DNA of 64,000 nucleotides, taken from Thermoplasmatota archaeon (GTDB lineage Archaea > Thermoplasmatota > E2 > JACPAO01 > JAHFTW01). A program made the position numbers and the translations under genes. This document shows positions 8,452 to 18,415 of this stretch, piece by piece. The notes below the pieces were generated by a model that ran no database searches, was not told where the DNA came from, and saw only the letters and a list, made by a program, of their open reading frames with translations. Numbering within the stretch: the stretch's first letter is position 1; every line of letters begins with the position of its first letter. The stretch covers positions 160,001 through 224,000 of the forward strand of contig JBFIHX010000003.1 of the NCBI GenBank assembly GCA_041601615.1, read 5' to 3'.

Positions 8452-10179
8452 GTGCTTCGTGCCCCGGCCCTCCTCCTCGCCCTGCTGCTGTTGCCCGCCG
8501 CCGGAGCCGCCCTCCTCGACGACGCGACCGGAGACGTCACCGCCCGCCACTTCGAGCAAGCCTACACCCCCGTGCCCGGCTGGGACGCGATGGACCTCGT
8601 ATCCCTCGACATCGAAGAACTGCCCGACGTGCTGCGCTTCACCGTCCGCGCCGCCGGACTCGAAAGCACCGCCAGCTACGACGCAGGCAACTACTTCGTC
8701 TACGTCGCACGCGGCCAAGCCTACTACACCGTCCGCATGATCCAAGACAACCAAGGCACCGCCGTCGTCTCCGAACTCCTCGTCACCGAAGGCCGCGACG
8801 TATTCGGCACCGTGATCGCCAACCTGGAAACCAGCGTAGACACCGCCACAGGCGCCATCACCACCGACGTGCCCCGCGCCCTACTCATCGACCAAGACGG
8901 CGCCGTCCCCGCACGCGGCGGCACCCTCGACGGCATCGTCGTCAGCGCCGAAGCCCACGCAACCGGCGTCTACACCGGCGGCTTCAGCGGCCTCGAAGGC
9001 GGGCCCCTCATCATCGGAGACCGGATGCCCGACGACTGGAGCAACACCGGCCCAGCACCCGCCAACATCACCTTCCAATACGGCGGCGGCACACAAAACG
9101 GCCCCGTGGACCTCGCCGTCGAACGCCCCTACCGCGCCAGCAACGGCGAAGCGACCATCCTCGTCTACCGCGTCACCGCCACCAACCTCGGCGACACGCC
9201 CCAGACCTTCCTGCTCTCTGCCAACATCCTCCCCGAAGGCTGGGAACTGCGCTTCCCCGGCCAACGCATCCTGCTCGAAGCCGGCCAAGGCACCACCTTC
9301 GACGCCTACCTCCGCGTCCCCTTCCAACACATCCACGGTGCCACCTTTGGCGCCGAAATCAAACTCACCTCCGAAGCCGACCCCGACACATGGGCCCGCA
9401 CCGAAGTCGGCATCCACTACCTCGCCCTTGGACAACCCAGCGGCCACCACTCCGAGGTCTTCCTCCACAGCGCCGCCCGAGCCGGCTTCACCGCCCTCGA
9501 CAGCCTCCTTGGCGGCGGCGACGCAGCCCTCTACTGGAACACCGACGCCAGCGACGACCAAGACCAAGGCCTGCCCATGAGCGGCATCGGCGAAGGCGAC
9601 GCGTACACCTGGAGCGGCTGCCTCACCCCCGGCCTCGCCCTCGGCATCACCCCCAGCACAACACCCGGCCACGCCACCCTCACCCTCGAAAGCCCCGCAC
9701 CCCTCGCCGGAACCTTCACCGGCCGCCTAAGCATCGCGCAAGTCGAACGCGGCGCCTACTGCCATGAAGCCCGCACCTGGACCGGACCCCAAATCGACAT
9801 CGCACGCTTCGAACCCGTCGCCTTCACAATCGACGGCCAAACCCGCCTCCAAGCCATCATCACACCAGTCCTCAACGGCTCCATCGCCTACGAACCCGGC
9901 ATGGACCTCCTCTTGGAACTCGTATTCCAACCCGACCAACCGCTCGCGTACAGCAAAGGACTCACCCTCCTGCCCGGAGGACGCCTCACGCTGCCCCTGC
10001 TCGACCACCACGACCCGGCCCCCATCGTCCTACCCGGCGACAACGGCACCATCGTGGCGGCACCCGAAGTGTTCGTACCCGAACCCACGGCCGAAGTGGA
10101 AAGCCCCGGCATCGGCGCCTCAAGCATCTTCGCCGTACTCGCAGCTGGCTTGATGGCTGTGCACCAACGACGCGCCTAG
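8452..10179 (+). CDS. Cell-surface protein, His-motif family member 2, ESPG tail
   Basis: ORF 7774..10179 trimmed to GTG 8452 (VLRAPALLLALLLL signal peptide); DATGDV; PFQHIHG; QPSGHHSEVFLH; ESPGIG-hydrophobic-QRRA. Confidence 0.85.
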   Translation: MLRAPALLLALLLLPAAGAALLDDATGDVTARHFEQAYTPVPGWDAMDLVSLDIEELPDVLRFTVRAAGLESTASYDAGNYFVYVARGQAYYTVRMIQDNQGTAVVSELLVTEGRDVFGTVIANLETSVDTATGAITTDVPRALLIDQDGAVPARGGTLDGIVVSAEAHATGVYTGGFSGLEGGPLIIGDRMPDDWSNTGPAPANITFQYGGGTQNGPVDLAVERPYRASNGEATILVYRVTATNLGDTPQTFLLSANILPEGWELRFPGQRILLEAGQGTTFDAYLRVPFQHIHGATFGAEIKLTSEADPDTWARTEVGIHYLALGQPSGHHSEVFLHSAARAGFTALDSLLGGGDAALYWNTDASDDQDQGLPMSGIGEGDAYTWSGCLTPGLALGITPSTTPGHATLTLESPAPLAGTFTGRLSIAQVERGAYCHEARTWTGPQIDIARFEPVAFTIDGQTRLQAIITPVLNGSIAYEPGMDLLLELVFQPDQPLAYSKGLTLLPGGRLTLPLLDHHDPAPIVLPGDNGTIVAAPEVFVPEPTAEVESPGIGASSIFAVLAAGLMAVHQRRA

Positions 10180-11513
10180 GCTCGAAGGGTCACCACGCGA
10201 AGCTCCCAATCCACCGCATGCGCCTCGGCGCCCTCGCCCGAAATGCGTGTAGCGATGTCCCAGTAACTCGTCACGTGCTCCGGGTCCAGCCACGCGAGCA
10301 CCTGGTCCGGCTCCTCCCACCACTCCGGCTGCACCAGCGCCTCGAACACCGCCGAACCGGGAGCGGATGAAACCAAGGTCGCATCGAAGAAGTACGTCGT
10401 ATGCGCCGGACTGAACCGAACACCCATCCCCGGCACATCCACCGCCGGCGACCACGACACCTCAAACCGCATGAGCGCGGTCCCAGGCCAAACCGGGTCT
10501 CCCATGGACCCAAACGCCGGATAACTGCTGCCAATCCCCGGGTCGTTGTGTCCCTCCTCATCCAAGTACACGCCCCGGAACGAGCCGCTACGCTCCAAAA
10601 CCACTCGCTCCGTCTGCCCGGCCCAAAGCGCGTCGATTGCAGTGGCATTCCAGGCCCGCACAAGCGGCTCCGGCCCAGGCGCCGCCTCGAATCGCGTCAC
10701 AAACGGACTCACATCAAACGCATCCCAATCCGTATGCTCGTAGGGCGCATGGTCATGATGCGGACGGACCCGCAACCACACTGATGGCGGCGCGCCGGAA
10801 GCATTGCCCTCAAACGTCCACGAAGGAGCCGCCGACCGCGTCAACACCTCCGGCACCACATCGCCGCCAAGTGCTTCCCACAACACCCAACCAACTCCAA
10901 CCGGGCTGTCGCCAGAAACGAGCGTCGCCTCCACTGTCCACGAGCCCGCTTGCGCCGGTACTATCAACACCTTCAAGTCCGACTGCGGCCCCGGCGCCTC
11001 GATGCGCGAGCCATCAGGAGCAACCAGCACAAGCTGGGTCACAGCATCGTTCGGGCGCGACCCAAGGAGATTGGTCGCAGCGACAAAATTCGCGTCGTCG
11101 GGCCCGGTTCCATGCAACCGCACAAACACCGAAGTCGCCCCCTCCGGCACCAAAAACGAAGACCTACGCGTCTCGCCCACGCGCCAATCAAACGAATCCC
11201 AATCGCCCCCCGCAAGCAGCAAATCCTCCTCGGCCGAGGCCACTTGCACTGCCAACAATGGAGCCTCCGTGTATGCAGGTTCCACCGTCAACGTCCAATT
11301 GCGATCCGACTGCATCCATGCAGCGTTCCACATTTCCGTCAGGCCGTAGTGGCAATCGCCACAAAATCGCTCAGACACCGACGTACTCGACGCCACATGC
11401 CAAACCTCCGCGGCTTCGGCAGAAACAGGCGGCTCCGGCGCTTCCAGCGACAACAAAGCGGTCACCGCCACGGCGACGAACAGGACGGCCACGCCAATCC
11501 AAAGGGGACGCAC
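10176..11513 (-). CDS. Hypothetical membrane-anchored extracellular protein with a single CxxCH motif
   Basis: N-terminal TM; FCGDCHY at 11349-11363; PHHDH. Start GTG 11513 or 11570. Confidence 0.7.
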   Translation of the reverse strand: MRPLWIGVAVLFVAVAVTALLSLEAPEPPVSAEAAEVWHVASSTSVSERFCGDCHYGLTEMWNAAWMQSDRNWTLTVEPAYTEAPLLAVQVASAEEDLLLAGGDWDSFDWRVGETRRSSFLVPEGATSVFVRLHGTGPDDANFVAATNLLGSRPNDAVTQLVLVAPDGSRIEAPGPQSDLKVLIVPAQAGSWTVEATLVSGDSPVGVGWVLWEALGGDVVPEVLTRSAAPSWTFEGNASGAPPSVWLRVRPHHDHAPYEHTDWDAFDVSPFVTRFEAAPGPEPLVRAWNATAIDALWAGQTERVVLERSGSFRGVYLDEEGHNDPGIGSSYPAFGSMGDPVWPGTALMRFEVSWSPAVDVPGMGVRFSPAHTTYFFDATLVSSAPGSAVFEALVQPEWWEEPDQVLAWLDPEHVTSYWDIATRISGEGAEAHAVDWELRVVTLRA

Positions 11514-11604
11514 AAAGCGCCAGAGCGGCAAGGGCAGAAGGGGGTTTGGGCCCGCCCGCTCCCAGCGCACGGCACTTTGCGCCTAAGCAAAGAAGCAATT
11601 TCAG

Positions 11605-12039
11605 CTACGCTGAAGTTGCTTCCAGCATCCACGCCATCTGATCATGTGCACGGATGCGCTCCGTGGCAAGATCGGCCGTCGCCGGATCATCCTGGTCCTG
11701 CGCTGTCTTCTCGAGGGTGGCAAAGTGTGTAGAGAGTGCCCGGTGTTCCGCAGCCAACGTCCGCACCGTCACCAACGCATCCGATGGCAAGTCTGCGGGG
11801 CCAGCGCTCAATGCATCCGCCGGCACATCCGTGCCGTAGGAGCGAACCCGTTCTGCAAGCACATCCAAGGCAGCCCAGAGTTCGTTGTACTGCCCCTCAA
11901 ACAGGACATGCAACTGCGGAAAATACGGGCCCTTGACGTTCCAATGTGCCAAGTGCGTACGCTGGTACAAAGTGAACGTCTGGCGCAGCGACTGGGCGAG
12001 GCTGCGGGCTAGGTCGGTGGTCTGGACAGTTTGGCTCAT
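11605..12039 (-). CDS. dps: Dps-family DNA-protection ferritin-like protein
   Basis: HWNVKGPYFPQLHVLFEGQY, D.LAER, DPATADL and H...WML motifs; ATG 12039. Confidence 0.93.
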   Translation of the reverse strand: MSQTVQTTDLARSLAQSLRQTFTLYQRTHLAHWNVKGPYFPQLHVLFEGQYNELWAALDVLAERVRSYGTDVPADALSAGPADLPSDALVTVRTLAAEHRALSTHFATLEKTAQDQDDPATADLATERIRAHDQMAWMLEATSA

Positions 12040-12183
12040 GGATGCTGCTCCTGCCCAAGTTGTTGCAGGCCTTCCTTCATCAAATTGCCCCCCGGCAGAA
12101 GTGGATTGCCCCCGCCACAACACGCTGATTGCCGATGCACCAGGCGACCCAATTACTGCAACAATCGACTATACTTCGCGTGT

Positions 12184-12193
12184 TTCTATAAAT
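12184..12193 (+). promoter_or_regulatory. TATA box of the FN3 surface protein gene
   Basis: TTCTATAAAT ends ~22 bp before ATG 12215, consistent with a leaderless transcript. Confidence 0.6.
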
Positions 12194-12214
12194 GACAAAC
12201 CCACTGGTGGTACA

Positions 12215-13651
12215 ATGCGTCCTTGGCTCCTATTGATTGGAATTCTTCTCGCCACACTCCCCGCTGGCTCCGCCGGGCACGCAGGCGGCGACGTTTCGGA
12301 CGTGTACGTCAACGTACTCTCGGTAACCAGGGTGGGTTGCGGCGATGATGGGGGATTCTTCGAAGGCGACCCGGACTACCGCGTGCAAGTGTTCCACAAT
12401 GGCGCCAAAATCTTGGACACGGGAAAGGCACAAGATCGCAAAAGCCCCCTCTTTGCCAACATGGTGCGGATCGCGCACCCAGCTCGGCCCGTGGAATTGA
12501 CCTTCCGTGTCGAAGAAGCCGAACCCAGCGGCATCTTTGGCGGCACCACATGGCGCGACTGCGACGCATCTCCTGAACCTGGAAAAGACCTCAAAATCTC
12601 CTGGAACAACGGCCTCCTTTCCGGGACCTATATTGGCAACGATGCAGACGCCGTCGAGCTGCACATCGCCGTCGGCGAGAACCCGCCCGCCACGCCGGTA
12701 CTTTCCGTCATCGAAAGCTCCTCCACCCCCACAAGCGCCACGCTGGCCTGGGACGCAGACTCCAACGGCCTAGCACTTCAGCACCACCTGCGCTGGGCGC
12801 CCTTTGGCACCGCGTTCCATTCGGCCGGGCCAGGCGCAGGAAGCCACCAACGCACAGGCCTCTGCGACAACGCCCAATACACCGCGCAAGTGGTCCGTGC
12901 AAACGACGATTGGGCCATTGCATCCCCCGATTTGACCTTCACAACTCAAAACCAGCCCCCCGGGGCACCGCTTCCACGCTGGGCCGAACCCCATGAAACC
13001 AACCTCTCCGTGGCTTGGTACAGCCCCACTTGGCATGATGTGCAACTGTACGAACTTCACACGGGCCCGTATGGATTTACGCCGAGTCCGAACACCCTCC
13101 ATGCAAGTGTAGTCGGCGAGGCCCAGACACCATTTGCCAAACACACCTGGGCCGGCGCCGCTCCCGACGCCAGCGACACCCACGTCCTCGTGCGCGCCAT
13201 CGACACGCTTGGTGCCAGCACCGACTCGGCGTACCTAGCCGTGGGAGACACCGTATCCCACGCCAAACCAGCCTCGTACACCTGCCCCGGATCCACCGTT
13301 CCGGGACGATACAACCCTTCCGCCGATCCAAGTGAGCCCACGACGCCCTCGTCGAGTCCGCCGTCCTCGCCGCCGTCGAGTCCGCCGTCCTCGCCGCCGT
13401 CGAGTCCGCCGTCCTCGCCGCCGTCCAGTCCTCCGTCCTCGCCTCCGACATCGCCGCCCGAGACTCCAACTGAGACTCCGCCCAACGAACCGGAGCCCCC
13501 CGCAGTCCCCACTCCTGAACCACCCACCGCCAACCCCCAACAAACCGGCAGCCAAGCAAACGCACCCACCGCCATCATCGCCCTATCCGCCCTCGCAGTC
13601 GGTCTCGTCATTGTGGTCCTCGTCCTCGTAGTCCTCCTAGCAAGACGATAG
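12215..13651 (+). CDS. Surface protein with fibronectin-III-like domains, Ser/Pro stalk and C-terminal TM
   Basis: Signal peptide MRPWLLLIG; SATLAW...GLCDNAQYTAQV and PPGAP...LSVAW...YEL FN3-like motifs; (SSPP)n linker; TM followed by RR. Confidence 0.8.
   Translation: MRPWLLLIGILLATLPAGSAGHAGGDVSDVYVNVLSVTRVGCGDDGGFFEGDPDYRVQVFHNGAKILDTGKAQDRKSPLFANMVRIAHPARPVELTFRVEEAEPSGIFGGTTWRDCDASPEPGKDLKISWNNGLLSGTYIGNDADAVELHIAVGENPPATPVLSVIESSSTPTSATLAWDADSNGLALQHHLRWAPFGTAFHSAGPGAGSHQRTGLCDNAQYTAQVVRANDDWAIASPDLTFTTQNQPPGAPLPRWAEPHETNLSVAWYSPTWHDVQLYELHTGPYGFTPSPNTLHASVVGEAQTPFAKHTWAGAAPDASDTHVLVRAIDTLGASTDSAYLAVGDTVSHAKPASYTCPGSTVPGRYNPSADPSEPTTPSSSPPSSPPSSPPSSPPSSPPSSPPSSPPSSPPTSPPETPTETPPNEPEPPAVPTPEPPTANPQQTGSQANAPTAIIALSALAVGLVIVVLVLVVLLARR
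13352..13459 (+). repeat. Coding tandem repeat, 24-bp unit TCGAGTCCGCCGTCCTCGCCGCCG, encoding (SSPP)n
   Basis: Three exact units followed by degenerate copies. Confidence 0.9.
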
Positions 13652-13713
13652 GGCCCGCCTCGCCCCCGGCGAAGCCTTGATACCGCCAGCCGCCTCGGCG
13701 AAGCCGAATCCCC

Positions 13714-15981
13714 ATGACCGTCCGAATCGAATCCAGCCCCGAGTTCGTGCGCGAGACCTACCGCAAGATGGGCGAACGCCTCGCCGTCGTGCGCCAACGC
13801 CTCGGCCGCCCCATGACCCTCGCCGAGAAAGTGCTCTACGGACACCTAGACAATCCCGCCGACGCTGACCTCACACGCGGCACCGCGTACCTCCAACTGC
13901 GCCCCGACCGCATCACCATGCAGGACGCCACCGCCCAAATGGCGATGCTCCAGTTCCTCACCACCGGCAAACCGACCACCGCCGTCCCCACCACCGTCCA
14001 CGCGGACCACCTCATCGCCGCGAAGGAAGGCGCCGTGGCCGACATGGTCGCAGCCAACACCACCAACGCCGAAGTCTACGAATTCCTACGCACCGCCTGC
14101 GCCAAGACTGGCAGCGGCTTCTGGAAACCGGGTGCTGGGATCATCCACCAAGTTGCACTTGAGCAGTACGCCTTCCCCGGCCAGATGCTCATCGGCACCG
14201 ACAGCCACACCCCCAACGGCGGCGGCCTTTGTCAATGGGCCAGCGGCGTCGGCGGCGCAGACGCAGTCGATGTCATGGCAGGCTTCCCCTGGGAAGTCTT
14301 GCACCCCAAAATCATCGGCGTCAAGCTCACCGGCAAGATGTCCGGCTGGACCGCGCCCAAGGACGTCATCCTCAAGCTGTGCGGCATCCTGACGGTCAAG
14401 GGTGGCACCAACGCGGTCATCGAATTCTTCGGCGAAGGCTGCGAATCAATCTCGGCCACCGGAAAGTGCACCATCACCAACATGGGCGCCGAGCATGGAG
14501 CCACCACCTCAGTGTTCCCGCACGATGAACGCATGAACATCTACCTGCGCAGCACCGCCCGCGCCGAATTGGCCGACCTCGCGGACGAACACCACGACAT
14601 GCTCGTGGCCGACCCCGAGGTGCTCGCCAACCCCGAGCAATTCTACGACCAAGTCATCCACATCGACCTCACGACCCTGGAGCCCCACCTCGTTGGGCCC
14701 CACACGCCGGACCTGGCCCGCCCCGTCAGCGCCATGCGCGAAGCAGTGGAGAAGGAAGGCTACCCCGACCACGTCAGCGCCTCGCTCATCGGCTCCTGCA
14801 CCAACAGCAGCTACGAAGACATGGTGCGCACCGTCTCTGTTGCCGAACAAGCAATGGCCCACGGCGTCAAGGCCCAAACGCCCCTCCTGATTACGCCCGG
14901 CTCCGAACAAGTCCACTTGACGATCCAACGCGACGGCATCATGGACCGCCTTAACGCCGCCGGCGCCACGGTGCTTGCCAACGCCTGCGGCCCCTGCATC
15001 GGCCAATGGAACCGCCCCGCCGCAGACAACGCTGAGACCAACACCATCGTCACCAGCTACAACCGAAACTTCCCGAAGCGCAACGACGGCTCCGCCAAGA
15101 CCATGGCCTTCATCGGCAGCCCCGAAATCGTCATGGCCTACGCCCTCTCCGGCAGCCTCAGCTTCAACCCCCTGACCGACGACATCACCGTCGACGGCAA
15201 GACCTTCCGCCTCGAAGCCCCCGCGCCCGCCCCCGAAGTGCCCGAAGGCGGCTTCGTGCCCGACCCCAACGGCTACCTCGCCCCGCCCGCGAGTGCCGCC
15301 GGCGTCGAAGTGGTCGTCGCCCCCACCAGCGACCGCCTGCAACTCTTGGAACCGTTCCCGGCCCGCGAAGCCTCGCAACTTCAGGGCATGCCTCTCCTGC
15401 TCAAGGCCAAGGGCAAGTGCACAACGGACCACATCAGCCAAGCCGGCCCGTGGCTCAAATTCCGCGGCCACCTGGACAACATCAGCGACAACTGCTACAT
15501 CGGCGCAAACTCGGCGTTCCACGACACCGTAGGCGGCCGCGTCGACGAGAGCGACAACGAAGTCAAAATGTACCCCGCCATCGGCCGCCGCTACAAAGCC
15601 GAGGGCATCACCTGGGCCGTCGTCGGCGACGAAAACTTCGGCGAAGGCAGCAGCCGCGAACACGCCGCCATGGAACCCCGGCACCTGGGCTGCGGCATGA
15701 TCCTGGTGCGCAGCTTTGCCCGCATCCACGAAACCAACCTCAAGAAACAAGGCATCCTGCCGTTGACCTTCGTGGACCCCGCCGACTACGAAAAGATCCG
15801 CGAATGGGACCAACTCAGCGTCGTGGACGTGGCCGACCTCGCCCCCGGCAAGAACGTCACCGTCCGCCTCACGCACGAAGACGGCACGACCGAAGAGTTC
15901 GCAGCCAAGCACACCATGAACGCGGAACAAGTCAAGTGGTTCTGGGCCGGAAGCGCGCTCAATTTGCTGCGCGGCAGTTGA
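13714..15981 (+). CDS. acnA: Aconitate hydratase (mitochondrial-type AcnA)
   Basis: QDATAQMA, DHLI, GIIHQ, GTDSHT, GSCTNSS, ACGPCIG, SYNRNF, KCTTDHIS, GEGSSREHAA motifs. Confidence 0.96.
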   Translation: MTVRIESSPEFVRETYRKMGERLAVVRQRLGRPMTLAEKVLYGHLDNPADADLTRGTAYLQLRPDRITMQDATAQMAMLQFLTTGKPTTAVPTTVHADHLIAAKEGAVADMVAANTTNAEVYEFLRTACAKTGSGFWKPGAGIIHQVALEQYAFPGQMLIGTDSHTPNGGGLCQWASGVGGADAVDVMAGFPWEVLHPKIIGVKLTGKMSGWTAPKDVILKLCGILTVKGGTNAVIEFFGEGCESISATGKCTITNMGAEHGATTSVFPHDERMNIYLRSTARAELADLADEHHDMLVADPEVLANPEQFYDQVIHIDLTTLEPHLVGPHTPDLARPVSAMREAVEKEGYPDHVSASLIGSCTNSSYEDMVRTVSVAEQAMAHGVKAQTPLLITPGSEQVHLTIQRDGIMDRLNAAGATVLANACGPCIGQWNRPAADNAETNTIVTSYNRNFPKRNDGSAKTMAFIGSPEIVMAYALSGSLSFNPLTDDITVDGKTFRLEAPAPAPEVPEGGFVPDPNGYLAPPASAAGVEVVVAPTSDRLQLLEPFPAREASQLQGMPLLLKAKGKCTTDHISQAGPWLKFRGHLDNISDNCYIGANSAFHDTVGGRVDESDNEVKMYPAIGRRYKAEGITWAVVGDENFGEGSSREHAAMEPRHLGCGMILVRSFARIHETNLKKQGILPLTFVDPADYEKIREWDQLSVVDVADLAPGKNVTVRLTHEDGTTEEFAAKHTMNAEQVKWFWAGSALNLLRGS

Positions 15982-16133
15982 TTCGACGGGCCCATTGCTG
16001 GATCGCCCCCAATGCAGCCTGAAGCGCATGGATCCTCCATCGCAGCGGCGGTAGCAAGCGGAAGAAAACCGCCTCCGCCAGTTTTCCACTCGCCCCGAAT
16101 CAACGTAAACTAGTGACCGGGATTCTCCCCGTC

Positions 16134-16346
16134 ATGGTCTCACGTACGTTTGCCATAGCCCTTCTCCTAACCGCCCTCATGGCCGCCCCCGCCGCAAGCG
16201 CCGCAGCAACAGACACGGTGGAAGTCGACGAACGATGGTGCGGCGGACGCATCGATTGGGGCTGCGCACACTGGTCGGCGCCGGGCACCTGCATCCTGTA
16301 CTTGGACCTCCAAGGCACCGGAAACGGCAGCTGCGTCATCTACTGA
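16134..16346 (+). CDS. Small secreted four-Cys peptide
   Basis: Clear signal peptide (AIALLLTALMAAPAASA); mature part contains 4 Cys and 3 Trp. Confidence 0.65.
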   Translation: MVSRTFAIALLLTALMAAPAASAAATDTVEVDERWCGGRIDWGCAHWSAPGTCILYLDLQGTGNGSCVIY

Positions 16347-16446
16347 CCCTAGATCTGCACAGATGGGCCCTCCCGCCGAACCATCCATCGGCGGTCGCTT
16401 CCTCGACCAACGCACCCTCTTTACCCCCTGCTTTCTTGCACTCAGA

Positions 16447-16848
16447 ATGACCGACGTCTTCGTCAACCTCTCCACCAAAGACCTACCCGCAGCCACTGCG
16501 TTCTACGAAGGCCTCGGGCTGAAATTCAACCCCGCATTCAGCAACGACGACGCGGCGAGCTTCATCATCGACCAAGGACGCTACCTGCACCTCCTGACCC
16601 ACTCCTTCTTCTCGCAATTCACCCGCCGCCCCATTGCCGACGGATCCTCGGTCGAATGCACCCTCGCGCTCGGTGCCGCTGACCGCGCCGCCGTGGACGC
16701 CATGGCCGAAAAAGTGCTGAAGCTCGGCGGTGGCGAAGAAAACCCACCCCAGGATCACGGCTTCATGTACGGGCGGACCATGCGCGACCTGGACGGACAC
16801 ATCATCGAGTTCTTCTGGATGGATCCAAGCCAAATGCCCGGTGCCTGA
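16447..16848 (+). CDS. VOC/glyoxalase-family protein
   Basis: VFVNL..KDL.A..AFY..LG..FNP.FS and DHGFMYGR...DLDGH..E motifs. Confidence 0.9.
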   Translation: MTDVFVNLSTKDLPAATAFYEGLGLKFNPAFSNDDAASFIIDQGRYLHLLTHSFFSQFTRRPIADGSSVECTLALGAADRAAVDAMAEKVLKLGGGEENPPQDHGFMYGRTMRDLDGHIIEFFWMDPSQMPGA

Positions 16849-16913
16849 GTCAACCTGGAAACCATTGCGTTCGTCCCCAACAAACTCCAAATGCCCCAGG
16901 CAGATGCTCACCC

Positions 16914-17126
16914 ATGCGCATTCTGCTGCTACTGATGCTCGCACTTCTTCTGCTCGCTCCGTCCGCCCCCGCCATACACAACTGCGTCCAAGCCGGAACC
17001 GATAGCTACTCCGGAGTCTACGCAGGCTGCGACGGCGACTGGTGCGCAGTCAAAGCGGGCACCGACTTCTACGGCGTATACGTTCAAACCACCGACTACC
17101 GCCAGGAATGCCCGGCGAACCCGTAA
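16914..17126 (+). CDS. Small secreted four-Cys peptide with an internal repeat
   Basis: Signal MRILLLLMLALLLLAPSAPA; repeat AGTDSYSGVY / AGTDFYGVY; 4 Cys. Confidence 0.65.
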   Translation: MRILLLLMLALLLLAPSAPAIHNCVQAGTDSYSGVYAGCDGDWCAVKAGTDFYGVYVQTTDYRQECPANP

Positions 17127-17132
17127 GATCCG

Positions 17133-18332
17133 TCAAGCATTGGCCGCGATGCGCACCACATCGCCCGCCTTCAACTCATAATCGGCGCCGATGGTGCGGC
17201 GCGTGCGGCAGTCCACGCCACGAATGAAGTGGTCGCCAAGGTCCGTGTGGACTCGGTACGCCAGTTGCTTCGCCGTGGTGCCTTTGCGAACAAGATGGCA
17301 GTCGGGCAACACCCGGCCGTCCTTGTCCGTAAAATGATGGTCGTCCTCCACGGGATACACTGGGATAAGGCCCAGGTGCCCCAGGACGGCGGCTTCGAGC
17401 GCTGCGTGCACACCCGTCGTGCCAAAGCGGTCCAGCACATGGCTTTGGATGTACTCCATGCCCTTCTTCTGGGCCGGGTTCAGGTCGATTTTGGTCACGA
17501 ACCCATCGCTGCCAGGAACATACTCGAACGCGCCCGCCTGCGCGCCTTTTTGCAACGCAAGTTCGCTCTGCGCACTGACTCGAACACTTGGGATGCTGCG
17601 CTCGGCAAGATGGGCTTCGATGCGCTTGAGTTGCTCCTCCGTGGCAAGATCCGCCTTGTTCAATGCAACCACAATCGGCTTGCTGACACGACGCACCGCC
17701 TTGGCCAACTCCCTGCGCGACTCGACCGTGATGAGTGTAGGAAGCACACCAATCAGGTTTGTATGGCGAAGCGCCGCGTGCGCCATGGGTGCAGTGATCC
17801 CGATGCCAGCAAGCCGCTCTTCGAGGGCAATCTCCATCTTGCGCCCCTCCTGTTGGACCCGGCGCGTCAGTTTCTCCCAGCCATCGGCAAGAATGCCATC
17901 AATCCAGTGATCGATCTCAGCCTCTAGAAACGCAATGTCACCAATCGGGTCGTGGCTGGAAGCCTGGAGCGGATTGCCCTCCTCGTCGGTGCGGCCAGAA
18001 GCATCCACCACATGCACCAAAGCATCCGCCTCGGCAAGATTGCTCAGGAATCGGTTGCCAAGCCCCCGGCCCTCGTGCGCGCCCGGCACAAGCCCCGCCA
18101 CATCCACCAACTCGACGGGGACATACCGCGTTGCGCCGACCACCTTCCCAGACCTCGGCGTAGACGCAACACCCAGCTCCGGCCCAGGGTCCGCCACGCG
18201 AACATAACCGACCCCACGATTGGCATCAATGGTCGTGAACGGATAGTCGCCGATCTCCGCGTCCGCCAGACTCGACGCCGCATAGAACGTAGACTTGCCC
18301 ACATTCGGCTTTCCCACCAGACCGACCTTCAC
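17133..18332 (-). CDS. ychF: Redox-regulated ATPase YchF (archaeal Obg-family, TGS domain)
   Basis: GKPNVGKST, YPFTTID, DVAGLVPGAHEGRGLGN, NKAD and a C-terminal TGS domain. Confidence 0.93.
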   Translation of the reverse strand: MKVGLVGKPNVGKSTFYAASSLADAEIGDYPFTTIDANRGVGYVRVADPGPELGVASTPRSGKVVGATRYVPVELVDVAGLVPGAHEGRGLGNRFLSNLAEADALVHVVDASGRTDEEGNPLQASSHDPIGDIAFLEAEIDHWIDGILADGWEKLTRRVQQEGRKMEIALEERLAGIGITAPMAHAALRHTNLIGVLPTLITVESRRELAKAVRRVSKPIVVALNKADLATEEQLKRIEAHLAERSIPSVRVSAQSELALQKGAQAGAFEYVPGSDGFVTKIDLNPAQKKGMEYIQSHVLDRFGTTGVHAALEAAVLGHLGLIPVYPVEDDHHFTDKDGRVLPDCHLVRKGTTAKQLAYRVHTDLGDHFIRGVDCRTRRTIGADYELKAGDVVRIAANA

Positions 18333-18415
18333 GCACCGCGCACAGAGCCCGAGTTGAAAGCGGCGCCGGGCAAGCGCCCACAACCCTTATCGGCCATCAG
18401 GAGTCGAGAGACACA

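Noticed and set aside
13352-13459. CRISPR-like array
   Set aside because: Contiguous in-frame repeats with no unique spacers; encodes (SSPP)n; no cas genes.
14509-16089. Long antisense ORFs (also 28449..30176, 47468..49219, 39980..41134, 41976..43256, 52813..54015)
   Set aside because: Shadow frames of well-supported genes in high-GC DNA; no recognisable motifs.
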